49,428 nt of DNA, taken from NCBI GenBank assembly GCA_048498455.1, contig JBEHXY010000001.1, positions 1 through 49,428 on the forward strand. Reading direction: 5' to 3'. The position numbers were made by a program, and so were the translations under genes. Source of the DNA: Planctomycetota bacterium (lineage in GTDB: Bacteria > Planctomycetota > Phycisphaerae > WQYP01). The notes beneath the pieces were generated by a model, which saw nothing but the letters and a program-made list of their open reading frames with translations, was not told the DNA's origin and ran no database searches. Positions 1 to 9,704 of the stretch are shown here, in pieces (the stretch's first letter is position 1; every line of letters starts with the position of its first letter).

Positions 1-1
1 A

Positions 2-391
2 GGGGCGGACCGGGGGACGCTGGCGCTTTTGTGCGAGGCGTACACGGATGATCCGGGGCGTCCGAGCGGGGTGGTAATGAAGTTTCACCCGCGGATGGCG
101 CCGATCAAGGCGGCGGTGTTTCCGCTGGTGGACAAGGAGGGGATGCCGGAGATCGCGGAGAAGATTTACCGGGATCTGCGGACGACGTGGAATGTGCAGT
201 TGGACGTGAAGCAGAACATCGGGAAGCGGTATGCGCGGATGGACGAGGCGGGGACGCCGTTCTGTTTCACGGTGGACTCGCAGACGCTGACGGACCAGAC
301 GGTGACGGTGCGGCACCGGGACACGCTGGCGCAGGAGCGGATCGGGGTGGATCATGTGCGGGCGTTTCTGGCGGAGAAGGTGGGTGGGTGA
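2..391 (+). CDS. glyQS: glycine--tRNA ligase (dimeric class II type), C-terminal anticodon-binding part; 5' end lies outside the window
   Basis: The frame is open from the window edge. The translation ...PRMAPIKAAVFPLV...GKRYARMDEAGTPFCFTVDSQTLTDQTVTVRHRDTLAQERI... matches the conserved GlyRS C-terminal domain from memory. Confidence 0.8.
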   Translation, partial: GADRGTLALLCEAYTDDPGRPSGVVMKFHPRMAPIKAAVFPLVDKEGMPEIAEKIYRDLRTTWNVQLDVKQNIGKRYARMDEAGTPFCFTVDSQTLTDQTVTVRHRDTLAQERIGVDHVRAFLAEKVGG

Positions 392-568
392 AACGCAAAA
401 CGCGGAACTCAAAAGGCAAAGCCCTGGCATTGCGAAACGTGGTTGGCAGGCGGCTAGTGGGGGGTGGCAGCGGTGCTGGATTTCAGTGGGAATTGAAACT
501 TGTTAAAAAGGTCACAGAGTGGTTTGACGGGGGGTAGGGGTTGGTTTAGGATTCGGCTAGACCGACAT

Positions 569-594
569 TGTGCAACATTTCACAAGCGTTGCAC
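569..594. promoter_or_regulatory. CRP/FNR-family-like dyad TGTGC-N6-TCACA (569-584), overlapping a second dyad GTGCAAC-N11-GTTGCAC (570-594), in the 363-bp leader upstream of actA
   Basis: Read directly: ttGTGCaacattTCACAagcGTTGCAC. It matches 9 of 10 positions of the TGTGA-N6-TCACA half-sites and lies about 170 bp upstream of the actA start. Confidence 0.3.
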
Positions 595-754
595 GGCCTC
601 CGGGGCAGCTTTTGGAGGCGGTTGCGAAGATGGCGAAATCACCAGGGCGGCAATTCCGCCCGAGGACTGGCCGGCGAACCCGCGGCGTAAAGGCGGGTTT
701 GCTGGTGCGGGGATGGTGATTCTGGTGGGCGCAGCCTAATAGGAACGCGACCTC

Positions 755-1450
755 ATGGATTTAAAACCGCTGTTTGTTTTCCCCAAGTGGTCGAACCGGC
801 TGACCATGGGGATCCTGGTATTCCTGACGGTGCTGCCGCTTTATGCGGGGGCGTTGCTTGGGTATGCGTTGGATCCGGTGACGCTGAACGTGGGGTATCA
901 GCCGGTGCAGCCGGTGCCGTACTCGCATGCGTTGCACGTGGGGCAGCTGGGGATGGACTGCCGGTACTGCCATAACACGGTGGAGAAGGCGGGATTCGCG
1001 GCGATTCCGCCGACGGAGACCTGTTTGAACTGCCACAAGTCGATCCGTACGGGGTCGGAAGCGCTCAAGCCGGTGTTTGAGTCGTACCGGACGGGGTTGC
1101 CGGTGAAGTGGGTGAAGGTGCACGACCTGCCGGACTATGTGTATTTCAATCACTCGGCGCACGTGAACGCGGGGGTGTCGTGCGTGGAATGCCACGGCCA
1201 GATCAATCACATGGACGTGGTGGCGCAGGCGCAGCCGCTGAACATGGCGTGGTGCGTGCAGTGCCACCGGGATCCGACGACGCGGATTCGTCCGAAGGAC
1301 CAGGTGACGAACCTGGACTGGCTGCCGGAGGGTGTGACGGCGAAGTCGAGCGTGAAAGAGATCACGGCGGCGAAGCGGGCGCTTGGGGAACAGTTGAAAC
1401 AGCAGTACCACATTGACCCGAACGTGGATTGTGTGACATGCCATCGATGA
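755..1450 (+). CDS. actA: Alternative Complex III subunit ActA, pentahaem cytochrome c
   Basis: Five CxxCH motifs (CRYCH, CLNCH, CVECH, CVQCH, CVTCH) follow one N-terminal TM helix. It is the first gene of a canonical actABCDEF order. Confidence 0.85.
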   Translation: MDLKPLFVFPKWSNRLTMGILVFLTVLPLYAGALLGYALDPVTLNVGYQPVQPVPYSHALHVGQLGMDCRYCHNTVEKAGFAAIPPTETCLNCHKSIRTGSEALKPVFESYRTGLPVKWVKVHDLPDYVYFNHSAHVNAGVSCVECHGQINHMDVVAQAQPLNMAWCVQCHRDPTTRIRPKDQVTNLDWLPEGVTAKSSVKEITAAKRALGEQLKQQYHIDPNVDCVTCHR

Positions 1451-4400
1451 GTGACGAGAAGCAAGAAGCAGGAATGAAGAAGCAAGAAGTCGAGGGTGCT
1501 TCGGTGGGCAGGGAGTCGCGCGCCAAAGGGGCACGGTACTGGCGGAGCCTGGACGAGCTGGCGGACAAGCCGTCGTTTCGGGAATTTGTGGAGCGGGAAT
1601 TTCCGCAGCACGCGTCGGAATGGTTTGGGGCCAGCCGGCGGGCATTTTTGAAGGTGATGGGGGCGTCGATGGCGCTGGCGGGGCTGGCGAGCTGTCGCCG
1701 GTGGCCGGAGGAGAACCTGGCGCCTTATGCGCATCGGCCGGCGAACCGGATGGACGGGGTGCCGGTGCATTATGCGACGGCCTACGAGATGTGCGGGATG
1801 GGTCGCGGGGTGCTGGCGGTGAGCTATGACGGTCGTCCGATCAAGGCGGACGGGAACCCGAGCCACCCACTGACGGGGCGGATGTCGGACGCGTATCTGC
1901 AGGCGACGCTGCTGAGCGCTTACGATCCGGACCGTTCGCGGAGCGTGTCGAAGCTCTCGGGCAAGGGGCGGGAGCAGATGGCGTGGGAAGATTTTGCGGC
2001 GTATGCGAAGACGGCGGTGAAGCCGAACGGGGCGGGGGTGGTGTTTCTGACGGAAGCAAGCCGTTCGCCGTCGGTGGCGGCGTTGCGGAAGCGGTTTGGG
2101 CAGGCGAAATGGTTCGAGTATGAGCCGTTCGGCTGCGACAACCAGCGCGCGGGTGCGATGGCGGTGTTTGGCCGTCCGTTGCGGGCGGTGCCGCGTCTGG
2201 ATGGGGCGGCGGTGATCGTATCGATCGATGCGGACTTGTTCACGGGCGAGTCGCTGAGCATCAAGTTCAACCGGGAATTTGCGGCGGGGCGGCAGCTACG
2301 GTCGCACGGTGGCGAGGGCGGGAACGCGGGCGGGGCGACGATGAACCGGCTGTACGTGCTGGAAAGCGGGTTTACGACGACGGGGGCGATGGCGGAGCAC
2401 CGGCGCGGCGTGAAGCCGTCGGCGATTCCGGGGATCGTGGGGGCGCTGGCGGCGGCGGTGGGGCAGGGCGGGAACGTGAACGTGGGGTCGATGGACAAGT
2501 CGCTGCAGGAATTTGTGAACGCGGTGGCGGCGGACGTGAAGGCGAACGCTGGGAAAGCGGTGTTCGTGGCGGGCGCGCGGCAGACGCCGGACGTGCACGC
2601 GGCGGTGGCGGCGATCAACGCGGGGATCAATGCGCCGGTCGATTATTTCGCCGATCCGGAAGATCCGCGGGCAGAGCAGGGGTGGACGCCGAGCTCGGAG
2701 CAACTCAAGGCTTTTGTGGCGGCGGCGGCGGGAGCGGATTTGATCGTGGTGATGGGGGCGAACCCGGTGCTGACGGCGCCGCGGGACGTGGACGTGGCGG
2801 GGGTGCTGGGGCGGAAGCCGTCGATCCACCTGGGGATGTACGAGGACGAGACGGCGAAGGCGTGTTTGTGGCATGTGCCGCAGGCGCATTACCTGGAAGC
2901 GTGGGGGGATGTGCGGACGTTCGACGGGACGGTGTCGGTGGCGCAGCCGCTGATCGAGCCGCTGTTCGGCGGCCGGAGCGTGATTGAATTTTTGTCGGCG
3001 CTGTCGGGCCGTGACGAGAAGGGTTTCGACCTGGTGCGGGAGACGGCGCGCGGGGATTACCTGGCGAACCGGTTCAGCGAGTGGAACTGGAAGCAGGCGT
3101 TGTTCCAGGGGGTGGTGGCGGGGAGTGGCCGGCAGCCGGAGAAATTGACGGCGAACCCGGCGAACGCGACGGCGGCGATCGGGCGCGCGGCGACGACGGC
3201 TCCGCGGTCGGGCGAGGGGTATGAGCTGGCGCTGCACACGGGGATGCTGTTTGACGGGCGGTATGCGAACAACGGCTGGCTGATGGAGTTGCCGGACCCG
3301 ATGACGCGGGTGGCGTGGGACAACCCGGTGTGCATGTCTGTCGAGACGGCGGCGAAGCTGGGGGTGGACAGCGACGACGTGGTGCAGTTGTCGGCGAACG
3401 GGCAGGACATTGAGGCGACGGTGTACGTGCTGCCAGGGCATCCGTCGGACGTGCTGTCGCTGGCGGTGGGGTATGGGCGTCGAGGGCTGGGGAATGTGGC
3501 GGAGGAAGTGGGGAGCGACGCATACACGCTGGTGAGCACGAAGGATGGGGCGTTTATTCCGAACGTGGGGGTGAAGCACACGGGCAAGAGCAATCCGCTG
3601 GCGTGCGTGCAGCAGCACCACATGATCGATTTGCTCCCCGACAAGGTGGGCAAGAAGCGGCTGGAGACGTTGATTCCGGACTTGGTGGTGGAGGGGACGC
3701 TGGAGGAGTACAAGAAGCGGCCGTCGCTGGCGACACGGAAGGTGATGTCGCTGAGCATGTTCAACGAGCGGTCGTATGACGGGGTGCACAAGTGGGGGAT
3801 GATGATCGATTTGACGACCTGCACGGGGTGCAGCGCGTGCGTGATTGCGTGCCAGTCGGAGAACAACATTCCGGTGGTGGGCAAGGCGCAGGTGTACAAG
3901 GGCCGGGAGATGCACTGGATCCGCATCGACCGGTACTTCAAGCATGACGAGAACAATCCGCAGGTGGTTCACCAGCCGGTGACGTGCATGCACTGCGAGA
4001 ACGCGCCATGCGAAGAGGTGTGTCCTGTTGCGGCGACGACGCACAGCGTCGAAGGGCTGAACATGATGACCTACAACCGTTGCATCGGGACGCGGTACTG
4101 CTCGAACAACTGCCCATACAAGGTGCGGCGGTTCAACTTCTTCGATTACAACCAGGGCACGATCGAGAACCAGTACACGCCGAACATTCTGCGTGAGGAC
4201 ATCAACGAACTGCAGAAGCTTTCGAAGAACCCGCAGGTGACGGTGCGGATGCGCGGGGTGATGGAGAAGTGCACGTACTGCGTGCAGCGGATCGAGAACG
4301 CGCGGATCAAGATGCGTGCGGAGCACCGGGGGGAAGCGAACACGGTGCGGATTCCGGACGGGACGGTGGTGACGGCGTGCCAGCAGGCGTGCCCGACGGA

Positions 4401-4680
4401 CACGATCGTGTTCGGCGACCTGAACGATCCGAATTCGCGGGTGGCGAAGCTGGCGGCGTTGTCGCAGACGTACGGCATGCTGGATCCGGACCTGAACACC
4501 AAGCCGCGGACGCAGTACCTGGCGAAGGTCCGCAACCCGGCGACGGGGGTGGATCCGCAGTGGTACCAGGACGAGAAGTGGCGTTCGGAAGGCTTCTTCT
4601 TTGAGGAAAGCGAGGGGGAGGAGAAGCAGTCGGAGCGTGAGATCGGGTCGCCGCAGCGTGGCGAAGGCAAGGCGCCGTAA
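1447..4680 (+). CDS. actB: Alternative Complex III subunit ActB (fused molybdopterin-oxidoreductase-like and 4Fe-4S ferredoxin-like halves)
   Basis: Twin-arginine signal [21 protein letters not shown]. Cys clusters are [37 protein letters not shown] and CTYC...CQQACP. The ATG at 1447 overlaps the actA stop as ATGA; ATG 1438 is an alternative start. Confidence 0.85.
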   Translation: MSDEKQEAGMKKQEVEGASVGRESRAKGARYWRSLDELADKPSFREFVEREFPQHASEWFGASRRAFLKVMGASMALAGLASCRRWPEENLAPYAHRPANRMDGVPVHYATAYEMCGMGRGVLAVSYDGRPIKADGNPSHPLTGRMSDAYLQATLLSAYDPDRSRSVSKLSGKGREQMAWEDFAAYAKTAVKPNGAGVVFLTEASRSPSVAALRKRFGQAKWFEYEPFGCDNQRAGAMAVFGRPLRAVPRLDGAAVIVSIDADLFTGESLSIKFNREFAAGRQLRSHGGEGGNAGGATMNRLYVLESGFTTTGAMAEHRRGVKPSAIPGIVGALAAAVGQGGNVNVGSMDKSLQEFVNAVAADVKANAGKAVFVAGARQTPDVHAAVAAINAGINAPVDYFADPEDPRAEQGWTPSSEQLKAFVAAAAGADLIVVMGANPVLTAPRDVDVAGVLGRKPSIHLGMYEDETAKACLWHVPQAHYLEAWGDVRTFDGTVSVAQPLIEPLFGGRSVIEFLSALSGRDEKGFDLVRETARGDYLANRFSEWNWKQALFQGVVAGSGRQPEKLTANPANATAAIGRAATTAPRSGEGYELALHTGMLFDGRYANNGWLMELPDPMTRVAWDNPVCMSVETAAKLGVDSDDVVQLSANGQDIEATVYVLPGHPSDVLSLAVGYGRRGLGNVAEEVGSDAYTLVSTKDGAFIPNVGVKHTGKSNPLACVQQHHMIDLLPDKVGKKRLETLIPDLVVEGTLEEYKKRPSLATRKVMSLSMFNERSYDGVHKWGMMIDLTTCTGCSACVIACQSENNIPVVGKAQVYKGREMHWIRIDRYFKHDENNPQVVHQPVTCMHCENAPCEEVCPVAATTHSVEGLNMMTYNRCIGTRYCSNNCPYKVRRFNFFDYNQGTIENQYTPNILREDINELQKLSKNPQVTVRMRGVMEKCTYCVQRIENARIKMRAEHRGEANTVRIPDGTVVTACQQACPTDTIVFGDLNDPNSRVAKLAALSQTYGMLDPDLNTKPRTQYLAKVRNPATGVDPQWYQDEKWRSEGFFFEESEGEEKQSEREIGSPQRGEGKAP

Positions 4681-4736
4681 GGGGCGCAGGCAACGGAATC
4701 CTCGTGACCAAGAGACTTTGGACGTAGGTAGTCAAC

Positions 4737-6230
4737 ATGACCGCGATACCCAGTGACAACCTGATGGTAAGCCCGTACGGGGTGCAAGAGCGGGACAACA
4801 CGTTTAACGACCCGCAGCACCGGGCGCCCCTGGTGGTGGGGAACTCGGCGAGCTTCCATGCGATCACGGAGAAGATCTGTTACGTGGCGGAGGCGCCGCG
4901 TCCGCCGCGGGCATGGTACATTTCGTTCGGCATCGCGTTCATCTGGCTGAACGTGATGGGTGCGATGATCACGTACCTGCTGTTCACGGGGGTCGGGGTG
5001 TGGGGGATGAACCGTCCGAACATGTGGGCGTTCGACATCACGAACTTCGTGTTCTGGGTGGGCATCGGCCACGCGGGGACGCTGATTTCGGCGATTTTGT
5101 TTTTGTTCCGGCAGAAGTGGCGTACGGGCATCAACCGGTTCGCGGAAGCGATGACGATTTTCGCGGTGGTTTGCGCGGGCACGTTCCCGGGCATTCACGT
5201 GGGCCGGGCGTGGTTTGCGTACTGGCTGTTCCCGATTCCGAACCAGATGGGGATGTGGCCGAACTTCTTCTCGCCGCTGCTGTGGGACGTGTTTGCGGTC
5301 TCGACGTATGCGACGGTGTCGGTGCTGTTCTGGTACATGGGGATGGTGCCTGACCTGGCGACGTTCCGGGACCGCGCGGTGACGAAGTGGCGGTTTCTGC
5401 TGTACGGGATTTTGTCGCTGGGGTGGCGCGGGTCGAACCGGCACTGGCATGTGTATGAGAAGGCGTACCTCCTGCTGGCCGCATTGGCGACGCCGCTGGT
5501 GTTGTCGGTGCACAGCGTGGTGTCGTTCGACTTTGCGGTGTCGCAGGTTCCGGGCTGGCACACGACGATTTTCCCGCCGTACTTCGTGGCGGGGGCGATT
5601 TTCTCCGGCTTTGCGATGGTGATCACGCTGGCGATTCCGGCGCGGGAACTGTTCGGGCTGAAAGATTTCATCACGATGCGGCACCTGGACAACATGGCGA
5701 AGATCATTTTGTTGACGGGCTCGCTGGTGTCGTATGCGTACCTGATGGAATTTTTCATCGCGTACTACTCGAGCAGCCCGTTTGAGCGGTTCCACTTCAT
5801 GAACCGCGAGTTCGGCAACATGTTCTGGGCGGGGTGGATCATGTTCAGCTGCAACGCGATCGTGCCGCACGTGTTCTGGTTCAAGTGGTTCCGGCAGAAC
5901 AAGTGGGCGTTGATGATCATCTGCGCCCTGGTGAACGTGGGCATGTGGTTCGAGCGGTTCGTGATCATCGTGACGTCGCTGTCGCGCGACTTCCTGCCCT
6001 CGAGCTGGCACTGGTATTACCCGAGCTACGTCGAGGTGCTGACCTTGATGGGCTCGTTCGGGCTGTTCTTCACGCTGTTCCTTTTGTTCTGCCGGTACCT
6101 GCCGATGGTGGCGATGGCGGAAGTGAAGTCGGTGCTGCCGCAGGCGAACCCGCATTACGCACCGGACGGCCTGGGGCACCCGGGTTCGAGCGGGTACTCG
6201 GGTGAACTGACGCCGGCGGAGCGGCACTGA
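4737..6230 (+). CDS. actC: Alternative Complex III subunit ActC (NrfD/PsrC-like polytopic membrane, quinol-interacting subunit)
   Basis: A 497-aa highly hydrophobic multi-TM protein at the ActC position, with NrfD-like sequence character. Confidence 0.8.
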   Translation: MTAIPSDNLMVSPYGVQERDNTFNDPQHRAPLVVGNSASFHAITEKICYVAEAPRPPRAWYISFGIAFIWLNVMGAMITYLLFTGVGVWGMNRPNMWAFDITNFVFWVGIGHAGTLISAILFLFRQKWRTGINRFAEAMTIFAVVCAGTFPGIHVGRAWFAYWLFPIPNQMGMWPNFFSPLLWDVFAVSTYATVSVLFWYMGMVPDLATFRDRAVTKWRFLLYGILSLGWRGSNRHWHVYEKAYLLLAALATPLVLSVHSVVSFDFAVSQVPGWHTTIFPPYFVAGAIFSGFAMVITLAIPARELFGLKDFITMRHLDNMAKIILLTGSLVSYAYLMEFFIAYYSSSPFERFHFMNREFGNMFWAGWIMFSCNAIVPHVFWFKWFRQNKWALMIICALVNVGMWFERFVIIVTSLSRDFLPSSWHWYYPSYVEVLTLMGSFGLFFTLFLLFCRYLPMVAMAEVKSVLPQANPHYAPDGLGHPGSSGYSGELTPAERH

Positions 6231-6243
6231 GTCGCGAGTCCAG

Positions 6244-6271
6244 AGACGTAAGACGAGAGACGAAAGACGAG
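6244..6271 (+). repeat. four in-phase heptamer repeats AGACGTA AGACGAG AGACGAA AGACGAG, ending 2 nt before the actD ATG
   Basis: Read directly in the actC-actD spacer. The tract is purine-only apart from the C and one T. Confidence 0.9.
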
Positions 6272-6273
6272 AT

Positions 6274-6879
6274 ATGAGTGCTGGGACGACAGTAAAGCCA
6301 TCCATCCGGGCGCGGGAGCCGCGGTTGTGGGGATACCTGGCGGAGTATGAGACGCCGGGGGAAATTCTGCATGCCGCGGAACAGGTGCGGGACGCCGGTT
6401 TCACGAAGTGGGACTGCTACACGCCGTTCCCGGTGCACGGCCTGGACAACGCGATGGGCATCCGCAAGACGATTCTGCCGTGGATCGTGCTGTGCATGGG
6501 GCTGACGGGGCTGGCGGTGGCGATCACGCTGCAGTGGTACGTGAACAGCCCGCAGACGCAGTCGGCGAGCCTGTATGTGTTGTCGGGGTATCCGCTGACA
6601 ATTTCGGGCAAGCCCTACTGGTCGCTGCCGGCGAACGTGCCGGTGATGTTTGAGTTGACGGTGCTGTTCTCGGCGCTGACGAGCTTTTACGGTTTGTGGG
6701 TTTTGATCGGGCTGCCGCGGTTTCACCATCCGGTGTTTTCAGTGGCGCGTTTCCGGCGGGTGTCGGACGACAAATTTTTCCTGCTGGTGGAAGCGGCGGA
6801 CGGGAAGTTCGACGTGGCGGATTCGCGGGCGCTGCTGGAGCGGACGCATCCGACGGCGATCGAAGAAGTGAAGGATTAA
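6274..6879 (+). CDS. actD: Alternative Complex III subunit ActD (DUF3341-type)
   Basis: WGYLAEYETPGEILHAAEQVRDAGFTKWDCYTPFPVHGL is followed by two TM helices. The position after actC fits. Confidence 0.75.
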   Translation: MSAGTTVKPSIRAREPRLWGYLAEYETPGEILHAAEQVRDAGFTKWDCYTPFPVHGLDNAMGIRKTILPWIVLCMGLTGLAVAITLQWYVNSPQTQSASLYVLSGYPLTISGKPYWSLPANVPVMFELTVLFSALTSFYGLWVLIGLPRFHHPVFSVARFRRVSDDKFFLLVEAADGKFDVADSRALLERTHPTAIEEVKD

Positions 6880-6954
6880 GGGTTTCGTTGCGGGGGCCTC
6901 GGTGAGGCTTCGGCAGCGGAGAAGTTTTCGAGCCCCTTGTTAGGACTATCCGGG

Positions 6955-7800
6955 ATGTCCAAGATCACGATGGGAATGATATGCGTGGTGCTGGTGCTGG
7001 CGCTTTTGCCGTTCGCACTGGTGGCACGTTCGCGGGCATCGACGAGTCCGAAGCCGGCGCCGCACCTGGTGTTGGACATGGACAAGCAGCCCAAGTACAA
7101 GGCGCAGCGTCCGTCGGAGGTGTTTGCGGACGGGCGGTCGATGCGGCCGCAGGTGGCGGGGACGGTGGCACTGGAAGACCTGACGTTGCCGGGCGAGATC
7201 TTGAACGATCCGAAGAATCCGCACCTGGTGAACGGGAACGTGGGTCTGTTGATCGCGGACCCGGTGGTGAACGCGGCGGTGCTGATGGGGCGGGTTCGGA
7301 CGGCGAACATGTCGGACGCGGATTTTGAGAAGCTGGTTCCGCCGGGGTCGAACGGGGAGCCCAACGCGGCGGACCTGGTGGCCAACGACACGACGTTTTA
7401 CGTGCGGACGGTGCCGGCGCAGTTGAACGTGACGACGGAGTTTGTGAAGCGGGGGGAGGAGCGGTTCAATATTTATTGTGCGCCGTGCCACGGGTACTCG
7501 GGGTATGGCGATGGGATGGTGGCGCAGCGGGCGGAGGCGCTTCGGAACGGACCGGATCCGTCGGCGGCGTCGGCGTGGGTGGCCCCGCAGAACCTGCACG
7601 AAGGGAAGATCCTGCAGCGGCCCGACGGGCATATTTTCAACACGATCACGAACGGCATCCGGTCGATGCCGGCGTATGACAAACAGATTTCGGTCTCGGA
7701 CCGGTGGGCGATCGTGACGTATGTGCGGGCGCTGGAGCGTTCGCAGCATGCGGCGCCGGCGGATTTGACGGCGGAAGAGCAGCAGAAGTTTGCGCGGTAA
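6955..7800 (+). CDS. actE: Alternative Complex III subunit ActE, monohaem cytochrome c with N-terminal membrane anchor
   Basis: A single CAPCH motif in the C-terminal third and a hydrophobic N-terminus (MSKITMGMICVVLVLALLPFALV). TTG 6937 is an alternative start. Confidence 0.7.
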   Translation: MSKITMGMICVVLVLALLPFALVARSRASTSPKPAPHLVLDMDKQPKYKAQRPSEVFADGRSMRPQVAGTVALEDLTLPGEILNDPKNPHLVNGNVGLLIADPVVNAAVLMGRVRTANMSDADFEKLVPPGSNGEPNAADLVANDTTFYVRTVPAQLNVTTEFVKRGEERFNIYCAPCHGYSGYGDGMVAQRAEALRNGPDPSAASAWVAPQNLHEGKILQRPDGHIFNTITNGIRSMPAYDKQISVSDRWAIVTYVRALERSQHAAPADLTAEEQQKFAR

Positions 7801-7848
7801 GCATGGTGGCGGCGGGCCCTGTGGGGCGCGGCGCCTCTCCCGGTTGGA

Positions 7849-9210
7849 GTGAAAGCCTTGGCACACGGACATGAAGTGACATTGCAGACGAGCAAGCTGG
7901 CGCTGGGGGCGGTCGGCACGCGACTGGGCGTGGCGGGGCTGTTCGTCGGGGTGCTGGCGCTGGGCGGGGCGGCGCTGCTGGGATTCAAGGATGGACAGGC
8001 GCGGCTGCATTTCTTCCATTCGTACCTGTTCGCGTATTGCTTCTTCCTGGCGATCACGTTCGGGTCGCTGGCGTTTGTGATGATTCATTACCTGGCGCGG
8101 GTGGGGTGGTCGGTGACGGTGCGGCGTCTGGCGGAGGGGTTGGCGCTGAACATGTTCCTGATGCTGATCCTGATCCTGCCGCTGCTGGCGGGGGTGCATG
8201 ACCTGTTTCCGCGGTGGTTCCTGGAGAACGTGCGGAGGACGGACGAGGCGCTGGAGCTCAAGTCCGGGTATTTGAACCCGACGTTCTTCTACATCCGGCT
8301 GGGGTGCTACTTCCTGGTGTGGTGCGGGCTGGCGGCGTTTTTCGCGGCGAAATCGAAGCAGCAGGACCGCACGGGCGACGTGCAGCTGTCGCGCACGATG
8401 GAGCGGGTGGCGATGCCGGGCATGTGGCTGTTCGCCTTCTCGCTGACGGGATTTGTTTTCGACTGGGTGATGTCGCTGAACCCGTACTGGTTCTCGACGA
8501 TGTTCGGGGTGTACTTCTTCGCGGGCTCGATGCTGTCGATGTTCTCGACGATCGTGCTGCTGTCGCAGCTGCTGAAGAAGCGGGGGCTGATCGGCGATGC
8601 GATCAATCATGAGCACTATCACGATCTGGGCAAGTGGATGTTCGCGTTCACGTTCTTCTGGGGTTACGTGGCGTTCAGCCAGTACATGCTGATCTGGTAT
8701 GCGAACCTGCCGGAAGAAACGCAGTTTTTCGTTCCGCGGCAGATGGGGGTGTATGCGTCGCTGTCGCTGCTGCTGCTGATCGTGCACCTGGTGATTCCGT
8801 TCCCGGGCCTGATTTCGCGGCACGTGAAGCGGCGGAACGGGGTGATCGCGTTCTGGGCGGTGTGGTCGCTGTGTGCCTGCATGTTCGACGTGTGGTGGCT
8901 GGTGGTTCCCAACGAGTGGATCAACCAGATTCCGGCGGCGGTGGGGCACAAGACGATGCCCATCTCCAACGCCTTGCCGCTGCTGGCAGAGTCGACGCAG
9001 AACATGTACACGGTGAGTGCGCGGCACCAGGGCTTCCTGGAAGTGATGAACTATCCGTTGCAACCGCTGAGCCTGCTGGTGACGGCGTTGTGCGTGGTGG
9101 GCATCGGCGGGCTGTACCTGTTCTCCACAATGCTGATGCTTCGCGGCCGCTCGCTGGTACCGCAGCGTGATCCGCGGTTGCCTGAGGCGCTGGCGTTTGA
9201 GAATATGTAA
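7849..9210 (+). CDS. actF: Alternative Complex III subunit ActF (second NrfD-like polytopic membrane subunit)
   Basis: A 453-aa multi-TM protein at the ActF position. The GTG start is preceded by ggttggag. Confidence 0.7.
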   Translation: MKALAHGHEVTLQTSKLALGAVGTRLGVAGLFVGVLALGGAALLGFKDGQARLHFFHSYLFAYCFFLAITFGSLAFVMIHYLARVGWSVTVRRLAEGLALNMFLMLILILPLLAGVHDLFPRWFLENVRRTDEALELKSGYLNPTFFYIRLGCYFLVWCGLAAFFAAKSKQQDRTGDVQLSRTMERVAMPGMWLFAFSLTGFVFDWVMSLNPYWFSTMFGVYFFAGSMLSMFSTIVLLSQLLKKRGLIGDAINHEHYHDLGKWMFAFTFFWGYVAFSQYMLIWYANLPEETQFFVPRQMGVYASLSLLLLIVHLVIPFPGLISRHVKRRNGVIAFWAVWSLCACMFDVWWLVVPNEWINQIPAAVGHKTMPISNALPLLAESTQNMYTVSARHQGFLEVMNYPLQPLSLLVTALCVVGIGGLYLFSTMLMLRGRSLVPQRDPRLPEALAFENM

Positions 9211-9267
9211 GGTGGTTTTTTTGGCCGGCGGCGGGGCTGCCGGCGGTGAGTTGAAAGAGGCGCGGTA

Positions 9268-9696
9268 ATGGAACGACGCGATCACGTGAAGACAGTGCCG
9301 GGGGAGGCCAAGGCGCCGGAAGTGGTGCCGGGTGGCGAACACCTGGAGCCGGGGGGAACGACGCAGTCGGAAGACATCAACATTCCGCTGGTGACGATGG
9401 TGGTGGCGTTCTTCGCGGTGTTCCTGGCGGTGTCGATCGTGACGCTGCAGGCGTGGTTCTATTCGTCGGATGCGGCGGAGCGGGCGCGGAAGCAGGCCCG
9501 GCAGTACGATCCGGGCACGCCGCTGGGAGCGGTGTACCAGCAGCAGATGGCGGAAGTAAATGGCCCTGCGAGCTGGAATGACCGGATTCCCGGCGGCCAG
9601 GCGAATAAGATCGTGCGGATCCCCATCAACCAGGCGATCGAAGCGACGGCGAAACAATATGCGGCGGGCCCGGCAGCGGGCACGCAAAGCAGGTAA
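9268..9696 (+). CDS. hypothetical single-pass membrane protein between actF and sco (possible accessory subunit)
   Basis: ATG preceded by gaaagagg. One TM helix (IPLVTMVVAFFAVFLAVSIVTLQAWFY). Codons end in G like the neighbouring genes. The next gene starts 8 nt after its stop. Confidence 0.6.
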   Translation: MERRDHVKTVPGEAKAPEVVPGGEHLEPGGTTQSEDINIPLVTMVVAFFAVFLAVSIVTLQAWFYSSDAAERARKQARQYDPGTPLGAVYQQQMAEVNGPASWNDRIPGGQANKIVRIPINQAIEATAKQYAAGPAAGTQSR

Positions 9697-9704
9697 GGAC
9701 AATC

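Noticed and set aside
500-739. A 79-aa ORF in the actA leader, plus ORF 187-537 overlapping the glyQS end.
   Set aside because: No SD is present, the composition is typical of a shadow frame, and the region is better explained as a structured leader.
1447-4680. ActB as a true molybdoenzyme functionally linked to moeA in the same window.
   Set aside because: From what is known of ACIII structures, the ActB molybdopterin-like fold carries no Moco. moeA is 14 kb away in a separate transcription unit, so no linkage is claimed.
6946-9702. Very long ORFs antisense to or out of frame with called genes. Examples: 6946-9702 (-, 918 aa), 2296-4326 (-), 4146-6404 (-), 24462-26630 (-), 45228-47873 (-, 881 aa), 37738-39186 (-), 39424-40446 (-), 43930-44991 (-), 17341-18633 (+), 46837-48894 (+), 35762-36913 (+).
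   Set aside because: Their translations are low-complexity R/H/P/Q-rich or G/A/V/E/D-rich with no motifs. Each lies opposite or out of frame to a gene with clear family signatures. Stop-codon-poor shadow frames are expected in high-GC DNA.
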